Assembly (NCBI GenBank): GCA_018402015.1
Contig: JAGYJL010000001.1
Coordinates: 50,166 to 114,165 of the forward strand
DNA from: Flavobacteriales bacterium
GTDB lineage: Bacteria > Bacteroidota > Bacteroidia > UBA10329
DNA: 64,000 nt
Direction of reading: 5' to 3'
This document shows, one piece after another, positions 47,794-58,150 of this stretch. Within the stretch, counting starts at the first letter, position 1. Every line of letters begins with the position of its first letter. A model generated the notes under the pieces. It was not told where the DNA came from. It made no database searches and worked only from the letters and a program-made list of their open reading frames with translations. The position numbers and the translations under genes are program-made.

Positions 47794-47832
47794 GAACCCC
47801 ATTCGTGTTACGCGAATGGGGTTTTTTATTTT
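47794..47832 (+). terminator. rho-independent terminator
   Basis: GAACCCCATTCG-tgttacg-CGAATGGGGTT followed by TTTTTATTTTT. Confidence 0.7.
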
Positions 47833-47842
47833 TCCGCCCGAA

Positions 47843-49447
47843 ATGAATCTGCTTCGAAAATTTCAGTCTTACTGGCCTTACATGGCAATCGCCATTGTGT
47901 ATGCAACAGGTTCCCGTTTAGACATTATGGAAGTAGATGCGGCCCAATACGCCAGTATTTCACTCGAAATGCTGAAATCGGGCAATTGGCTTGAGGTTCT
48001 TGACCGTAATGTCGATTACCTGGATAAACCTCCGCTACTGTTTTGGCTTTCTGCACTAAGTATGAAGTTATTCGGAATTGGAAGTTGGCAATATAAGTTG
48101 CCATCTATCCTATTCAGCTTCTTGGGTATTTACAGCACATTTCGTTTAGGCAAAAAGCTTTATGGAGCAACGGTTGGTCACTTTGCCGCTATGATGCTGG
48201 GCAGTTCGTTGGCTTTGACAATGATCAATAACGACATTAAAACAGATACGATACTCGTGGCCTCCATTGTCTATTCCATTTGGATGTTGGTTGAAGTGAT
48301 TGAAACAGGAAAGTGGAACTATGTTCTTGGTGCTTCTTTGGGAATTTCTGCTGCAATGCTCACAAAAGGCCCGATAGGTTTGATGATGCCATTGCTTGCA
48401 GTTGGTGGCCATGTCTTTTTGAAACGCGATTGGAGCATTGTTTTCAACCCGAAATGGTTGGTGGTTGCGGCAATCGTTGCGGTTTGCCTTATTCCGATGT
48501 GTGTCGGTCTTTACGAGCAGTATGGTGCCAAAGGACTGAAGTTCTATTTCTGGACGCAAAGCTTCGGCAGAATTACAGGAGAAAATGAATGGCGCAATGA
48601 CACAACTCCACTCTACTTCTTTCATGTTTTCGGGTGGTCATTTTTACCGTGGACACTACTTGGTCTTGCAGGTATCTACAAAGAAATTCGCGGTATTAGA
48701 AACTCCATTGAAGATGCTGACGCTGAACTTTTTCTAATAAGCGGAATCGTGCTGGTTTGGACAGCACTTTCTTTCTCAAAGTTCAAATTGCCACATTATA
48801 TATTCGTTGTTTATCCGCTCATTGCAATCTTAGCTGCTAAGCATGTTATGCAACTTAAGAAACACAGTACGTGGGCTTGGACGCAGCTCATTCTTACCTC
48901 ACTTAGTGTTGGCCTGCTAGCTATTGTCCTTGTTTACGCTTTTCCAAATGGTGGTTGGGTTCTTCCTTTGCTGCTGTCTTTGTCAGTGGTTGTTGCAATC
49001 TTACTTTTCGTCAATCATTATCAATCTGAACAGACCATTCTTCCCGCGTTTGTAATGAGTATCGCGATAGGCCTTGGCCTTAACCTACATTTTTACCCGC
49101 AACTACTCCCCTATCAGGCCAATGCTTCCGTAGGAAAATGGGTGGTAGAAAATGAGATTCAAGATGGTCGTTTCTTCGGGTTCGCTACTGGTGGAAGAGC
49201 CCTCGATTTCTATGCGCAGCGTATCATTCCTTGGTTGGATGATGCTGCCTCGACCATTAACGTAATTGAACCTGGTGTAGTGATTTACGCTAACGAAGCA
49301 TGTTACAAAGATCTTATTGCGCGAGGCTATTCACCAGAACGGGAACTTGTTCTGGAAAACTTTGAGGTACAGCGACTCTCCATCAAATTCCTGAATCCAA
49401 AAACGCGCAATGAAGCCACGCGAAAGAACTACTTGATGTTCTATTGA
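47843..49447 (+). CDS. glycosyltransferase family 39 (ArnT/PMT-like) membrane protein
   Basis: Reads DAAQYASISLEML.SGNWL...YLDKPPLLFWL, with at least 10 TM segments. Start taken after the terminator (MNLLRKF). Confidence 0.8.
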   Translation: MNLLRKFQSYWPYMAIAIVYATGSRLDIMEVDAAQYASISLEMLKSGNWLEVLDRNVDYLDKPPLLFWLSALSMKLFGIGSWQYKLPSILFSFLGIYSTFRLGKKLYGATVGHFAAMMLGSSLALTMINNDIKTDTILVASIVYSIWMLVEVIETGKWNYVLGASLGISAAMLTKGPIGLMMPLLAVGGHVFLKRDWSIVFNPKWLVVAAIVAVCLIPMCVGLYEQYGAKGLKFYFWTQSFGRITGENEWRNDTTPLYFFHVFGWSFLPWTLLGLAGIYKEIRGIRNSIEDADAELFLISGIVLVWTALSFSKFKLPHYIFVVYPLIAILAAKHVMQLKKHSTWAWTQLILTSLSVGLLAIVLVYAFPNGGWVLPLLLSLSVVVAILLFVNHYQSEQTILPAFVMSIAIGLGLNLHFYPQLLPYQANASVGKWVVENEIQDGRFFGFATGGRALDFYAQRIIPWLDDAASTINVIEPGVVIYANEACYKDLIARGYSPERELVLENFEVQRLSIKFLNPKTRNEATRKNYLMFY

Positions 49448-50628
49448 TCGGTAAGTTGCTTGTAAGCGATGTAGGCCATAAGGCCTGTTCCGACCTCCAA
49501 GCACCGCTCATCCACATTGAATGTTGGTGTGTGCAGACCTGATACGATACCCGCTTCTTTGTTTCCAACTCCTAAACGATAGAAACAACCTGGCATATGG
49601 TGCGTGTAGTAACTGAAATCCTCTCCGGTCATACGCATATCCAATTCCACTACATTTTCCTCTCCCAGATAGGCCTTGGCGGCTTGGCGAGAGAACTCCG
49701 TTAGCGCTTCATCATTATACACATGCGGATAGCCTACATCTACACGGAAATCACACGAACCTCCCATTGAAATGGCCAATTCCTCCGCCAATTTTTTCAT
49801 GATCTTATGCGCTTCCTTCCTCCACTCTTCATCCATGGTTCGGAATGTTCCCTGAACATGAACCTCGTTAGGAATGATATTAGTGGCCCCGTTAGCTTCA
49901 ACCTTTCCGAAAGACAAAACACATGGAACGCCTGGTTTGGTCCGTCTTCTAACAATCTGCTGTAGCGCAACAATGATATGCGAAGTAATTAGAACAGGAT
50001 CAATCGTGTAATGTGGTAAGGCCGCATGACCACCTTTTCCTTTAACCGTAAAATGAACCTCATCGGCAGAGGCCATATACATACCCGAACGGAATCCTAC
50101 TTTGCCAACCTCCAGTTCCGGTAAAACGTGCTGTCCTACTATTGAGCTCGCCTTCGGGTTGTCCAAAGCTCCTTCCTTTATCATCAGCGAAGCGCCACCA
50201 GGTAATATTTCCTCACCAGGCTGAAAAATGATCTTCACCGTTCCTTCGAACTCATCGCGCAGGTCATGAAGGGTTTTAGCAACACCCATCACGCACGAAG
50301 TATGCACATCGTGTCCACAAGCATGCATCACTCCTACGTTTGTAGAACGATAGGATACATCGTTGGCTTCCACAATCGGTAGTGCATCCATATCGCCACG
50401 TAAGGCAATAACCTTAGATGTGGGATTCTTCCCTTCGATATGCGCAACAATACCTGTATCTACGTAGCCACGTTTATACGAAACACCCCACTCGTCTAAC
50501 TTGGATGTGACAAACTTGCTGGTCTCATACTCTTTGAACGAGAGTTCAGGGTTTGCATGCAAATGCCTTCTTATGCTCAGAATTTCCGCAGCACTCTGGG
50601 CCACAAGATGCTTTATTCTTTCTTCCAT
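49441..50628 (-). CDS. M20 family amidohydrolase (N-acyl-amino-acid amidohydrolase / hippuricase-like)
   Basis: Reads IRRHLHANPELSFKEYETSKFV...MHACGHDVH...GEEILPGGA. Confidence 0.88.
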   Translation of the reverse strand: MEERIKHLVAQSAAEILSIRRHLHANPELSFKEYETSKFVTSKLDEWGVSYKRGYVDTGIVAHIEGKNPTSKVIALRGDMDALPIVEANDVSYRSTNVGVMHACGHDVHTSCVMGVAKTLHDLRDEFEGTVKIIFQPGEEILPGGASLMIKEGALDNPKASSIVGQHVLPELEVGKVGFRSGMYMASADEVHFTVKGKGGHAALPHYTIDPVLITSHIIVALQQIVRRRTKPGVPCVLSFGKVEANGATNIIPNEVHVQGTFRTMDEEWRKEAHKIMKKLAEELAISMGGSCDFRVDVGYPHVYNDEALTEFSRQAAKAYLGEENVVELDMRMTGEDFSYYTHHMPGCFYRLGVGNKEAGIVSGLHTPTFNVDERCLEVGTGLMAYIAYKQLTDQ

Positions 50629-51020
50629 TACTTACTGAATAGAAGTTTGGCTGCTGCAAGCATCATTACGCCTCCGAATATCTTTTTGACCAAGCGTTGA
50701 TCCATGGAAATGGAGATCTTACTACCGAAATATGCTCCTAAAATGAAGGCCGCAGCTATAACCAGTGCTGCCGTAATGTTGGTGTTTCCACTCTTGTAAT
50801 AGTTGTAAAAACCGAGAAGTCCAATTGGTGGTAACATCATGGTAAGACTTGTGCCCTGGGCCATGTGTTGTGTGTATCCAAGGAAGAACACCAACGCAGG
50901 AACGATGATGATTCCACCACCAACGCCAACGAACCCGCTAGCAAATCCGGCAGCAGCACCGATCAATAGTAGCACTAGAATTGTAGTAATGCTCATATTA
51001 GACTTGTTTAGTTCAACCAT
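50628..51020 (-). CDS. TauE/SafE (TSUP) family transporter, half-size (130 aa)
   Basis: Four TM helices with GFVGVGGGIIIVP. Its stop overlaps the M20 start by 1 nt. Confidence 0.72.
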   Translation of the reverse strand: MVELNKSNMSITTILVLLLIGAAAGFASGFVGVGGGIIIVPALVFFLGYTQHMAQGTSLTMMLPPIGLLGFYNYYKSGNTNITAALVIAAAFILGAYFGSKISISMDQRLVKKIFGGVMMLAAAKLLFSK

Positions 51021-51021
51021 A

Positions 51022-54000
51022 TCAGAAATCCATGCTTAACGAGACGTACCAGAAACCATCATTCAGCTTCCTGTTCTCCACTCCCCAAGCATAATCTACT
51101 CGAATAAAATAGCCAAGGAATTTTGTTCTTGCACCAACGCCAAAACCACCAACAATAGGTTCGCGCCTGTTATTGACCGTTATCAGAACCGAGCCTTGAG
51201 GAATAACCTCTCTGTTCAGTGAATTCTCATCGGAAAACGGGTGAGCACCTGTCCAAGCAGTACCTATATCTCCAAATCCAACAATCTGGAAGTTGTAAAT
51301 GAAGTTCGATTTGATCGGACGATTGATGAGATATCGGAAAATAGGCCATCGTAACTCACTGTTGATCACCGCAAAGCTGTTACCATTCCTGATGTTCTGC
51401 GGATGACCACGCATGTTGGTGGCCAAGGCCTGAAACGCATAATTCTGGCTGAAATCAACAGGGATATCGTTGTTGTAGGTAGGTACGATCCATTGGTCAA
51501 CACCGCCTAAGAAATAGGCCAATTTCTGTCTCCCGAAAGATGTACTTGCCGCTAATCGATTGGCCCAGATCAATTCGCGGTGAACCTTGATGTAATTACG
51601 GGCATCAACACCTACAACAAACAATTGCTTGGCTTCTTTATCTATTTCCTGGTAGTACTCTGCAAAGATCTTCAGTCTTGTCCCACGGTAAAGGTTCAAA
51701 CCCATGGGTAGTGTATTATCGAATACGTATTCCAATTTGAAACCTCCGGTCCATTGCCAATCATCGGGTCGTTCAAGATTTCGGTCTGAAGTGCTCTTGA
51801 ACACCGTTCTATCGTTTCTTCCGAGTACGTTTCCACGCAGCGCAGAGAAATCGCTGAATGGCCAGTTCATTTTCCAGGTAAGCGTATAGGTATAAACCTG
51901 AGCTACGGTTGAATTGGAGATCACATCTTCTATGGATTGACGATGGAAAACCAACTGCTTGTCCAGTCGTCTTTTGAAATTCTGTGCTGAAATGAATACT
52001 TCATTCGTATTCAGGTTTCCTGTAATACGGAAACCGCCCACCACTTTGTAGTCATCTAATATGTCCGTTATTCCGGTCTTGAAAAAACCGTTGAGACCCG
52101 GATTATTGAAAGATCCACCTCCAGTAAATGTCTGATAAGTGCTGTTCACAAAAGCATTGTCCAATTGTGTTACAACATACTCGCTCTTAAAAGCTACATC
52201 GTAGTTCCGTTGTGGAGGCAATTGCATTTCCAACGGCATTCCTTGCATGGCTTCCAAAGCGGCATGGAGACTGTCTATTCTTGCTAAAACCTTGTCTCGT
52301 TTCTTATCTCTCTTGGACTTTGATGGCTCGTCTGATAGGATTGTTGGAGATGGTTCGCTCGTTGGCTCCTGTTCGTACGAATCAACATTCACATCAAACT
52401 GATAATCGTAAATATCAATATCACCCGGATTGCGTGGTTTAGATGGTTTGGCGGGTTGCTCTGTAACGATAGGTTCAGCCGACTTGATAGGTTTCTCGTC
52501 TTCTGTAAGAATGGAAGTTCGTTTACGCTGTTTCTTTGGAGGCTCGGCAGCCTTGTTCTTAAAGCCTGAATGATTGATCTCGGTAAGGGCCGCGGCCTTT
52601 TCAGAATCGCGGTCTTTTACTGTAAGTCGATAGTTTCCTTTGGCAAAGATCACCTCCGTTATCTTACCGTTTGTAGTATCCACATCATACTCAAGAATAT
52701 TTCGCGGATACTGCGTTAGTGGTCTTGACCGAGTAAAGTAGGAATAGTGAATCGAAGTATCGATGTAAGCGATATTACTATCGAGTTTTGCCAAATATCG
52801 GTTAAGGATTCCTTTCTCATCGCTGAGATATGACAGGCTGCTACCATCGTATTCCATTGGTGCCAGTTCATTCACAAACGGTGTATTGGTTACTCGCCTT
52901 AGCACGGGCTCGTCAGACTTTCGATCGTAAATGAAAATATCGTGCGAAAGATTTGGAGGAAGCAGATTCATGTCGAACTGCTTAATGGTATCGTTATTTC
53001 TATCTGAACTGAAAATGACCTTGCGAGACCGATCAATGAATCGGGCATCCACATCTGTGAATTTATCGTCCGTCAGTTTCTCATAGACGTTAGAAATGAT
53101 GTTGTAGATGTACACATCTGATCTTCCATTCTGCACTGCGGTAAACACGAATTCTCTACCATCATCAGAATAATCTACAGATAGGATCTTCTCGAAATAG
53201 AACAATTCTCGCCACGTGCGCTTTTTGGTGGTAAGGTCATACTGCACCAATTTGATCTTGCCTTTGTGCTCGGTGATCATGGAGATGAGCTTTCCGCTGG
53301 GATGCCAAGCAACAATCGGATAACTATGATCTTGCGTTGTGTACGCACGGTAACCTTGTTTGTAAATGTTCTTCTTCTTTTTGGAGCCTACGTTTTGCAA
53401 CTTGACCTTGATCTTACCCATGTCGTTCCAAACGTAAACCAATTGCTGACCGTTAGGGCTAAGCCTTGGGTGTTCCACTGCACAATAGGGCTGAGCACGC
53501 TTTCGAACACGATTCAGCGGTTTTTCGGCAGGCAAGGCAAGCTTTTCCTCTTGCTTATAGTACATGTTATCGTAGTAGTGAAGCCACTCTGCAGCCAGAT
53601 TCTTTAGCGAAACACCCAACACGAACAGGAATCCATTATCAGCATTTCTGCTTACCCGAGTCATGTACAGGATATTGCTGATAACCGATTTTCCATAGCT
53701 CTCTACAACATACTTCCAGATGGAATGGCCTCCGTATCGGGCATCTTTTCCGGTAAGTTGACTGAACTTCTCCCAACGACCAGACATTACCGCATCTTTC
53801 ACCTCATTGTTCACTTCGGCATTCCAATCAGTGCTTAGGTAAGAGATCAATCCTTCCACGTACCATTCTGGCAGATTAAGTAAGGTGTTGTTGCGAATCA
53901 CATCCTTAAAACTGCCTCCATACATCATCTGATCAAGCATTACACGGGCCAGTCCTGCACGCAGTTGCTCTTCGTAATTCTTGTAATCTCCATCAAAATA

Positions 54001-54408
54001 GAGAATCAACTTGGTGCCAACAATAGTGGTTACACCACCAGTGTTATACTGCTCATCGGTACTAAGGCCAATGTTGCTTTGCTTCTGCTCAGAAAGTTTG
54101 TTGTAGATGATTACCTGAAAACGCTTATCCATCGTAAAGTCGAAGGTCTTCTCAAGATCGCGAAGAGCACGGTCGCTGGCTCGCATGGTGTACTCGGCCA
54201 ACTCGTTACCGCCCAAGTAGAAATAAACATCAAAACGGTCGAATCTGTAGAAGAACCAGTCGGTTTTCTCGTACTGAACGCGGTTCTTGCCGAACTCCAT
54301 CTGGGAGCCGTTGTAGAACTGTGCGAAAACGGAACCAACGGGTAAAACCGTAAGCACCATTAGCCAAAGCCACACATTTCTACAAATCTGTCTGTACAAC
54401 TGCCTCAT
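51022..54408 (-). CDS. large envelope protein: PD40/TolB-like beta-propeller repeats, a Lys-rich disordered linker and an Omp85-like C-terminal barrel
   Basis: Start taken at MRQLYRQ... with signal peptide (ORF track extends to 54534). PD40-like repeats (LSPNGQQLVYVWND, DGREFVFTAVQNGRSDVYIYN). C-terminus ...VDYAWG...YVSLSMDF. Confidence 0.68.
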   Translation of the reverse strand: MRQLYRQICRNVWLWLMVLTVLPVGSVFAQFYNGSQMEFGKNRVQYEKTDWFFYRFDRFDVYFYLGGNELAEYTMRASDRALRDLEKTFDFTMDKRFQVIIYNKLSEQKQSNIGLSTDEQYNTGGVTTIVGTKLILYFDGDYKNYEEQLRAGLARVMLDQMMYGGSFKDVIRNNTLLNLPEWYVEGLISYLSTDWNAEVNNEVKDAVMSGRWEKFSQLTGKDARYGGHSIWKYVVESYGKSVISNILYMTRVSRNADNGFLFVLGVSLKNLAAEWLHYYDNMYYKQEEKLALPAEKPLNRVRKRAQPYCAVEHPRLSPNGQQLVYVWNDMGKIKVKLQNVGSKKKKNIYKQGYRAYTTQDHSYPIVAWHPSGKLISMITEHKGKIKLVQYDLTTKKRTWRELFYFEKILSVDYSDDGREFVFTAVQNGRSDVYIYNIISNVYEKLTDDKFTDVDARFIDRSRKVIFSSDRNNDTIKQFDMNLLPPNLSHDIFIYDRKSDEPVLRRVTNTPFVNELAPMEYDGSSLSYLSDEKGILNRYLAKLDSNIAYIDTSIHYSYFTRSRPLTQYPRNILEYDVDTTNGKITEVIFAKGNYRLTVKDRDSEKAAALTEINHSGFKNKAAEPPKKQRKRTSILTEDEKPIKSAEPIVTEQPAKPSKPRNPGDIDIYDYQFDVNVDSYEQEPTSEPSPTILSDEPSKSKRDKKRDKVLARIDSLHAALEAMQGMPLEMQLPPQRNYDVAFKSEYVVTQLDNAFVNSTYQTFTGGGSFNNPGLNGFFKTGITDILDDYKVVGGFRITGNLNTNEVFISAQNFKRRLDKQLVFHRQSIEDVISNSTVAQVYTYTLTWKMNWPFSDFSALRGNVLGRNDRTVFKSTSDRNLERPDDWQWTGGFKLEYVFDNTLPMGLNLYRGTRLKIFAEYYQEIDKEAKQLFVVGVDARNYIKVHRELIWANRLAASTSFGRQKLAYFLGGVDQWIVPTYNNDIPVDFSQNYAFQALATNMRGHPQNIRNGNSFAVINSELRWPIFRYLINRPIKSNFIYNFQIVGFGDIGTAWTGAHPFSDENSLNREVIPQGSVLITVNNRREPIVGGFGVGARTKFLGYFIRVDYAWGVENRKLNDGFWYVSLSMDF

Positions 54409-54483
54409 TCTTTTGAAGAAACGCAAAGATACGGTTAATGTATCCGAACGATCTTGATGAAAACCCACGGAAACGGGAAATAG

Positions 54484-54491
54484 TATTTTTG
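54484..54491 (+). promoter_or_regulatory. candidate -7 box (TATTTTTG)
   Basis: Perfect TAnnTTTG match 17 nt before ATG 54509. Confidence 0.4.
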
Positions 54492-54508
54492 CCGCAATCG
54501 TAACAGCC

Positions 54509-55144
54509 ATGCACCTAAAAAAGTTTGTTTTCAACCCGTTTCAAGAGAATACTTACCTCATTTGGGATGAGGAGAAAAACTGCGCCATAATTGACCCTGG
54601 ATGTTCGGATGAATACGAACGAAACGAATTGGTCGAATTTATTGAGCAAAACGAGCTCAAACCCGTGAAACTATTGAACACGCACTGCCATGTAGACCAC
54701 GTACTTGGCAACAAATACTTGGCGGAGAAATACCACCTGAAGTTGGAAATGCATCAGGGTGATGTACCTGTGCTGAATGCGGTTCCAAATTATGGTGCGT
54801 CTTATGGCTTTGTAACAGGCGAAATGGTTGAACCTGAAGTTTTTCTGGAGCATGGGGATGTGGTGAAAGTCGGTTCAATTGAATTAAGTGTCATACACAC
54901 CCCAGGACATTCTCCGGGTGGAATCTGCTTTTATCATGCACCAACGAAACAAATTATTGTAGGTGACGCTCTTTTCTACGGAAGTATTGGTAGAACCGAC
55001 CTGCCAGGCGGAAACCATGCCCAGCTGATCACTGCCATCAAGAACGAGTTACTCACACTTCCAGAGGATGTGCAAGTGCATTCCGGTCATGGTCCTGCCA
55101 CCAACATCGGATTCGAAAAAGCGCGAAACCCCTTTCTTCAATGA
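54509..55144 (+). CDS. MBL-fold metallo-hydrolase (glyoxalase II-like)
   Basis: Reads NTHCHVDHVLGN...HTPGHSPGG...GDALFYGSIGRTD. Confidence 0.88.
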   Translation: MHLKKFVFNPFQENTYLIWDEEKNCAIIDPGCSDEYERNELVEFIEQNELKPVKLLNTHCHVDHVLGNKYLAEKYHLKLEMHQGDVPVLNAVPNYGASYGFVTGEMVEPEVFLEHGDVVKVGSIELSVIHTPGHSPGGICFYHAPTKQIIVGDALFYGSIGRTDLPGGNHAQLITAIKNELLTLPEDVQVHSGHGPATNIGFEKARNPFLQ

Positions 55145-56036
55145 GAGGATTTCTTTTTTTGATGACATTCGTTTTGCTCTTATCTGAAGCAAAATCTCAG
55201 GATGTTCGGCCCATCAAAGTGCTTACTTGGAACATCTATATGCGGCCGCATTCCGTCACATTCGATGGACAATTCAGACGAGCCAAAGCCATTGGCGAAG
55301 TGCTGAAAACGGAAGACTATGACATCATTCTGTTTCAAGAAGCATTCGGTAAAACGAGTCGCAGGAAACTTCGTAAAGCATTGGAAGGAGCGTATCCTTA
55401 CGAAATTGAACCTAAAAACAAAAAAAAGACGGTTAACAGCGGGCTTTGGATTCTGAGCAAGCATGAGATCAGCAATGCCGAGTTCATCTTTTTCGAAAGT
55501 TGTTTGGTGAGTGATTGCCAAGCATCAAAAGGTGCTGTTCTTATTACTCTCGATATCAATGGACAAACGTATCAGTTCATAAACACACACGTGCAAGCAG
55601 AAGATGGCAAGGAGTTTGCGTTAATAAGGCAAGATCAGTTTGACATGATACGCGAGTTATTGGACAGCAGCCTACTAAGCAAGACACCACAGTTTGTACT
55701 TGGCGACCTCAATACTGCTAAAAGCCAAACAGACGAATATTCGGTGATGTTGGAAAAGTTGAGACACAACAGACGGAACGGTTGCTATCCTAAGAAGAAA
55801 CAACACTAAGTTCTGCAGAACCAGCTACATGGGGTTGTGCCAATAACGACCTCATCAAAAATAAGTGGAAAGGAATGACGTACTTATTGGATTACGCCCT
55901 GCAGCGCGAAATCGGGTTCTTATTCAAACTCAGACGCAGACTGAAAACATATACGAAACAATGGTCGAAAAACGAACATCTGTCAATCATTCGCCATATC
56001 ACTAACCATACTTCCCTTAATTTCGAACCGCAATAA
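55141..56036 (+). pseudogene. endonuclease/exonuclease/phosphatase (sphingomyelinase-like) family protein with a frame-disrupted 3' end
   Basis: Clean to about 55765 (LTWNIYMRP, LFQEAF, INTHVQA, LGDLNT). The rest (..AEPATWGCANN..LLDYALQRE..WSK..HLS..) continues in other frames down to TAA at 56034-56036. Confidence 0.7.
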
Positions 56037-56043
56037 AAAAACC

Positions 56044-56883
56044 ATGATCGGGAATATTTGTAACCATCCTTAGTGCACTGATATTTCAGCACTACTATCA
56101 CAGCTCAAGAAGTTGACAAACATGAAATGTTCAAGAAAATGATGGCCACAATTGATGGTATCAAAACCTTGACCTTCAGGCTAGACAAGACGAGAGCGTA
56201 TAAATGGTAAGATGATGCCTGGCTCGCAAGATGTCAAGTTGAACGTAACACCCCACCAATGCTATTTACTGATCATGTACCCAACAAAGGAGCAGAGGTC
56301 ACTTTATCGGGAAGAGAGCGAGAACAAGGGGAACTGCCGCGTGAGCCCGAACGCATTCCCCTATATGACCCTCAATCTTGATCAAGATGGAGATATCCTC
56401 GAAAGATCGACACCACAGCGTAAAGGAATTAGGTTTCAAATACACGGGCGATGTATTGAATTTCGTTTACAACAAGTACAGAAGCAAGATGGATGAATAC
56501 GTCACCATCAATGGTGAATTGGTTCACGATGGACGTAAGTGCTGGGGCGTGACCTTGGAAAACAAAGTATAAGATTGAGAACTACACCGTGTTGGATGGG
56601 AAAATATCTTGAAAATTGCGAGGAAACTACGTTTGGATGAATACTCACTGCTAGAGTTGAATGGAATCAAAGTTTGACGCAGTAAAGACCGGACAAGTGA
56701 TCGAGTTCCAAACTCCATGTGCAAAAAGATAGAGATGTACGTAGACCAGGCCACATGCCTGCCGCTTACCAGAAAATGTATGACGAAGAGGGTTGATGGC
56801 CAGTTATACATACACCAACCTTCAAATAAACCCAACCTTTAAAAGGCGAATTGACCGAAGATTTTGAAGGATACAATTTCTGA
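56044..56883 (+). pseudogene. conserved Bacteroidota hypothetical (DUF1571-like, tentative), multiply frameshifted
   Basis: One protein can be followed across three frames: MFKKMMATIDGIKTLTF / INGKMMPGSQDVKLNVTPHQCYLLIM / VSPNAFPYMTLNLD / RHHSVKELGFKYTGDVLNFVYNKYRSKMDEYVTINGELVHDGRKCWGVTLENK / ELTEDFEGYNF*. Confidence 0.55.
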
Positions 56884-56937
56884 TGCTTTGAACTCTTAGC
56901 GATAGTATCTACCTTCGCAACTCGTTCTTTAATTTAT

Positions 56938-57037
56938 TCTTATCAAGAAAGACGGAGGATAAGGCCCTACGAAGTCTTGGCAGCCCCTTTTTAGGAAGGT
57001 GCCAAATCCTATCCGCCTAAGGCGGAAGGATAAGCAG
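56938..57037 (+). promoter_or_regulatory. SAM-I (S-box) riboswitch
   Basis: TTCTTATCAAGAAAGACGGAGGATAAGGCCCTACGAAGTCTTGGCAGCC...AAGGTGCCAAATCC...CCGCCTAAGGCGG..GGATAAG matches the SAM-I core: P1 CTTATC/GATAAG, GGAGG, GGCCC, GCAxCC, GGTGCCAAxTCC. Confidence 0.85.
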
Positions 57038-57070
57038 AATGTGAGAACATTTTAAACTGAACACACAGGG

Positions 57071-57100
57071 CCTTCAACGAGCAATCGTTGGAGGCTTTTA
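57071..57100 (+). terminator. riboswitch expression-platform terminator
   Basis: GCCTTCAACGA-gcaa-TCGTTGGAGGC (11 bp with one G-T pair) followed by TTTT, 12 nt before the metH ATG. Confidence 0.7.
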
Positions 57101-57111
57101 TTGACATGAAA

Positions 57112-58124
57112 TGAGCAATAAAACCGAATTATTAAGAAGGCCATCAAGGAAAGAATCCTGGTGCTAGATGGCTGGGAAATGGGCACACCATAGTCAACGA
57201 CATACCTTGGAGGAAGATGACTTCCGAGGCAAGTATTTCAAGGATGCCAAGAAGCCGCTGAGAAGAGCAACGACCTGCTTTCCATCCCACTCGTCCCGAT
57301 ATCATCAAAGACATTCATCGTCCAGTATTATGAGGCGGGGGCGAACGTACCGAAACCAACACCTTTAGCGGAACGACCATCGCGCAAGCCGACTATGGGT
57401 TGGAAGCAGCTGTGTACGACATCAACTTTCAGTCGGCAAAGATGCAGCCCGCGAAGTAGCAGACGAATTCACCGCAAAGGAGCCGAACAAACCTCGCTTT
57501 GTAGCTGGATTCCATGGGGCCAACGAACAGAACGGCTTCGCTTTCTCAGATGTGAATGATCATGGTTTCCAGAGCTGTGACCTTCGACCAATTACGCATC
57601 GCCTACATCGCGAGCAGGCACAAGCGTTGATAGATGGTGGTGTGGACATTCTTTTAGTTGAAACTGTTTTCGATACCCTTAACGCCAAGGCTGCGCTTTT
57701 CGCCATTGATGGTGTTCGAGGGAACTCGGCTACCGATTACCGGTCGTAGTTTCGGGAACGATTTACGGATGCCAGCGGCAGAACACTCTCAGGCCGGCAG
57801 CCGAGGCTTTTCTCATCTCGGTTTCACACATTCCGTTATTGTCTGTTGGATTCAATTGTGCATTGGGTGCTTCGCAACTCAGACCACATCTTCAGGTGTT
57901 GGCCGCAAATCGCCTTACGAATCAGCGCTCATCCGAATGCTGGATTGCCAAGCGAATTCGGGGGTATGACGAAACTCGAAAATGATGGCAGCACAGATCG
58001 AAGAGTTCCTCAAGAAAATCTGGTAAACGTGATCGGTGGGTGTTGTGGCACGACTCCCCCGCATATTAAGGCAATTGCGGAGGTGGCTGCGAAATTTACG
58101 CTCCGCGTCAGATATCAGATTTGA
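57112..58124 (+). pseudogene. metH: methionine synthase, homocysteine-binding (S-methyltransferase) module, heavily frameshifted in this sequence
   Basis: Fragments in alternating frames: MSNKTELLR, QRHTLEEDDFRGKYFKDAKKPL, IDGGVDILLVETVFDTLNAKAALFAIDG, ISAHPNAGLPSEFGG, VNVIGGCCGTTPPHIKAIAEVAAKF. Confidence 0.85.
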
Positions 58125-58150
58125 GACGTGAGACTTCAGAGGCTCTGTAA

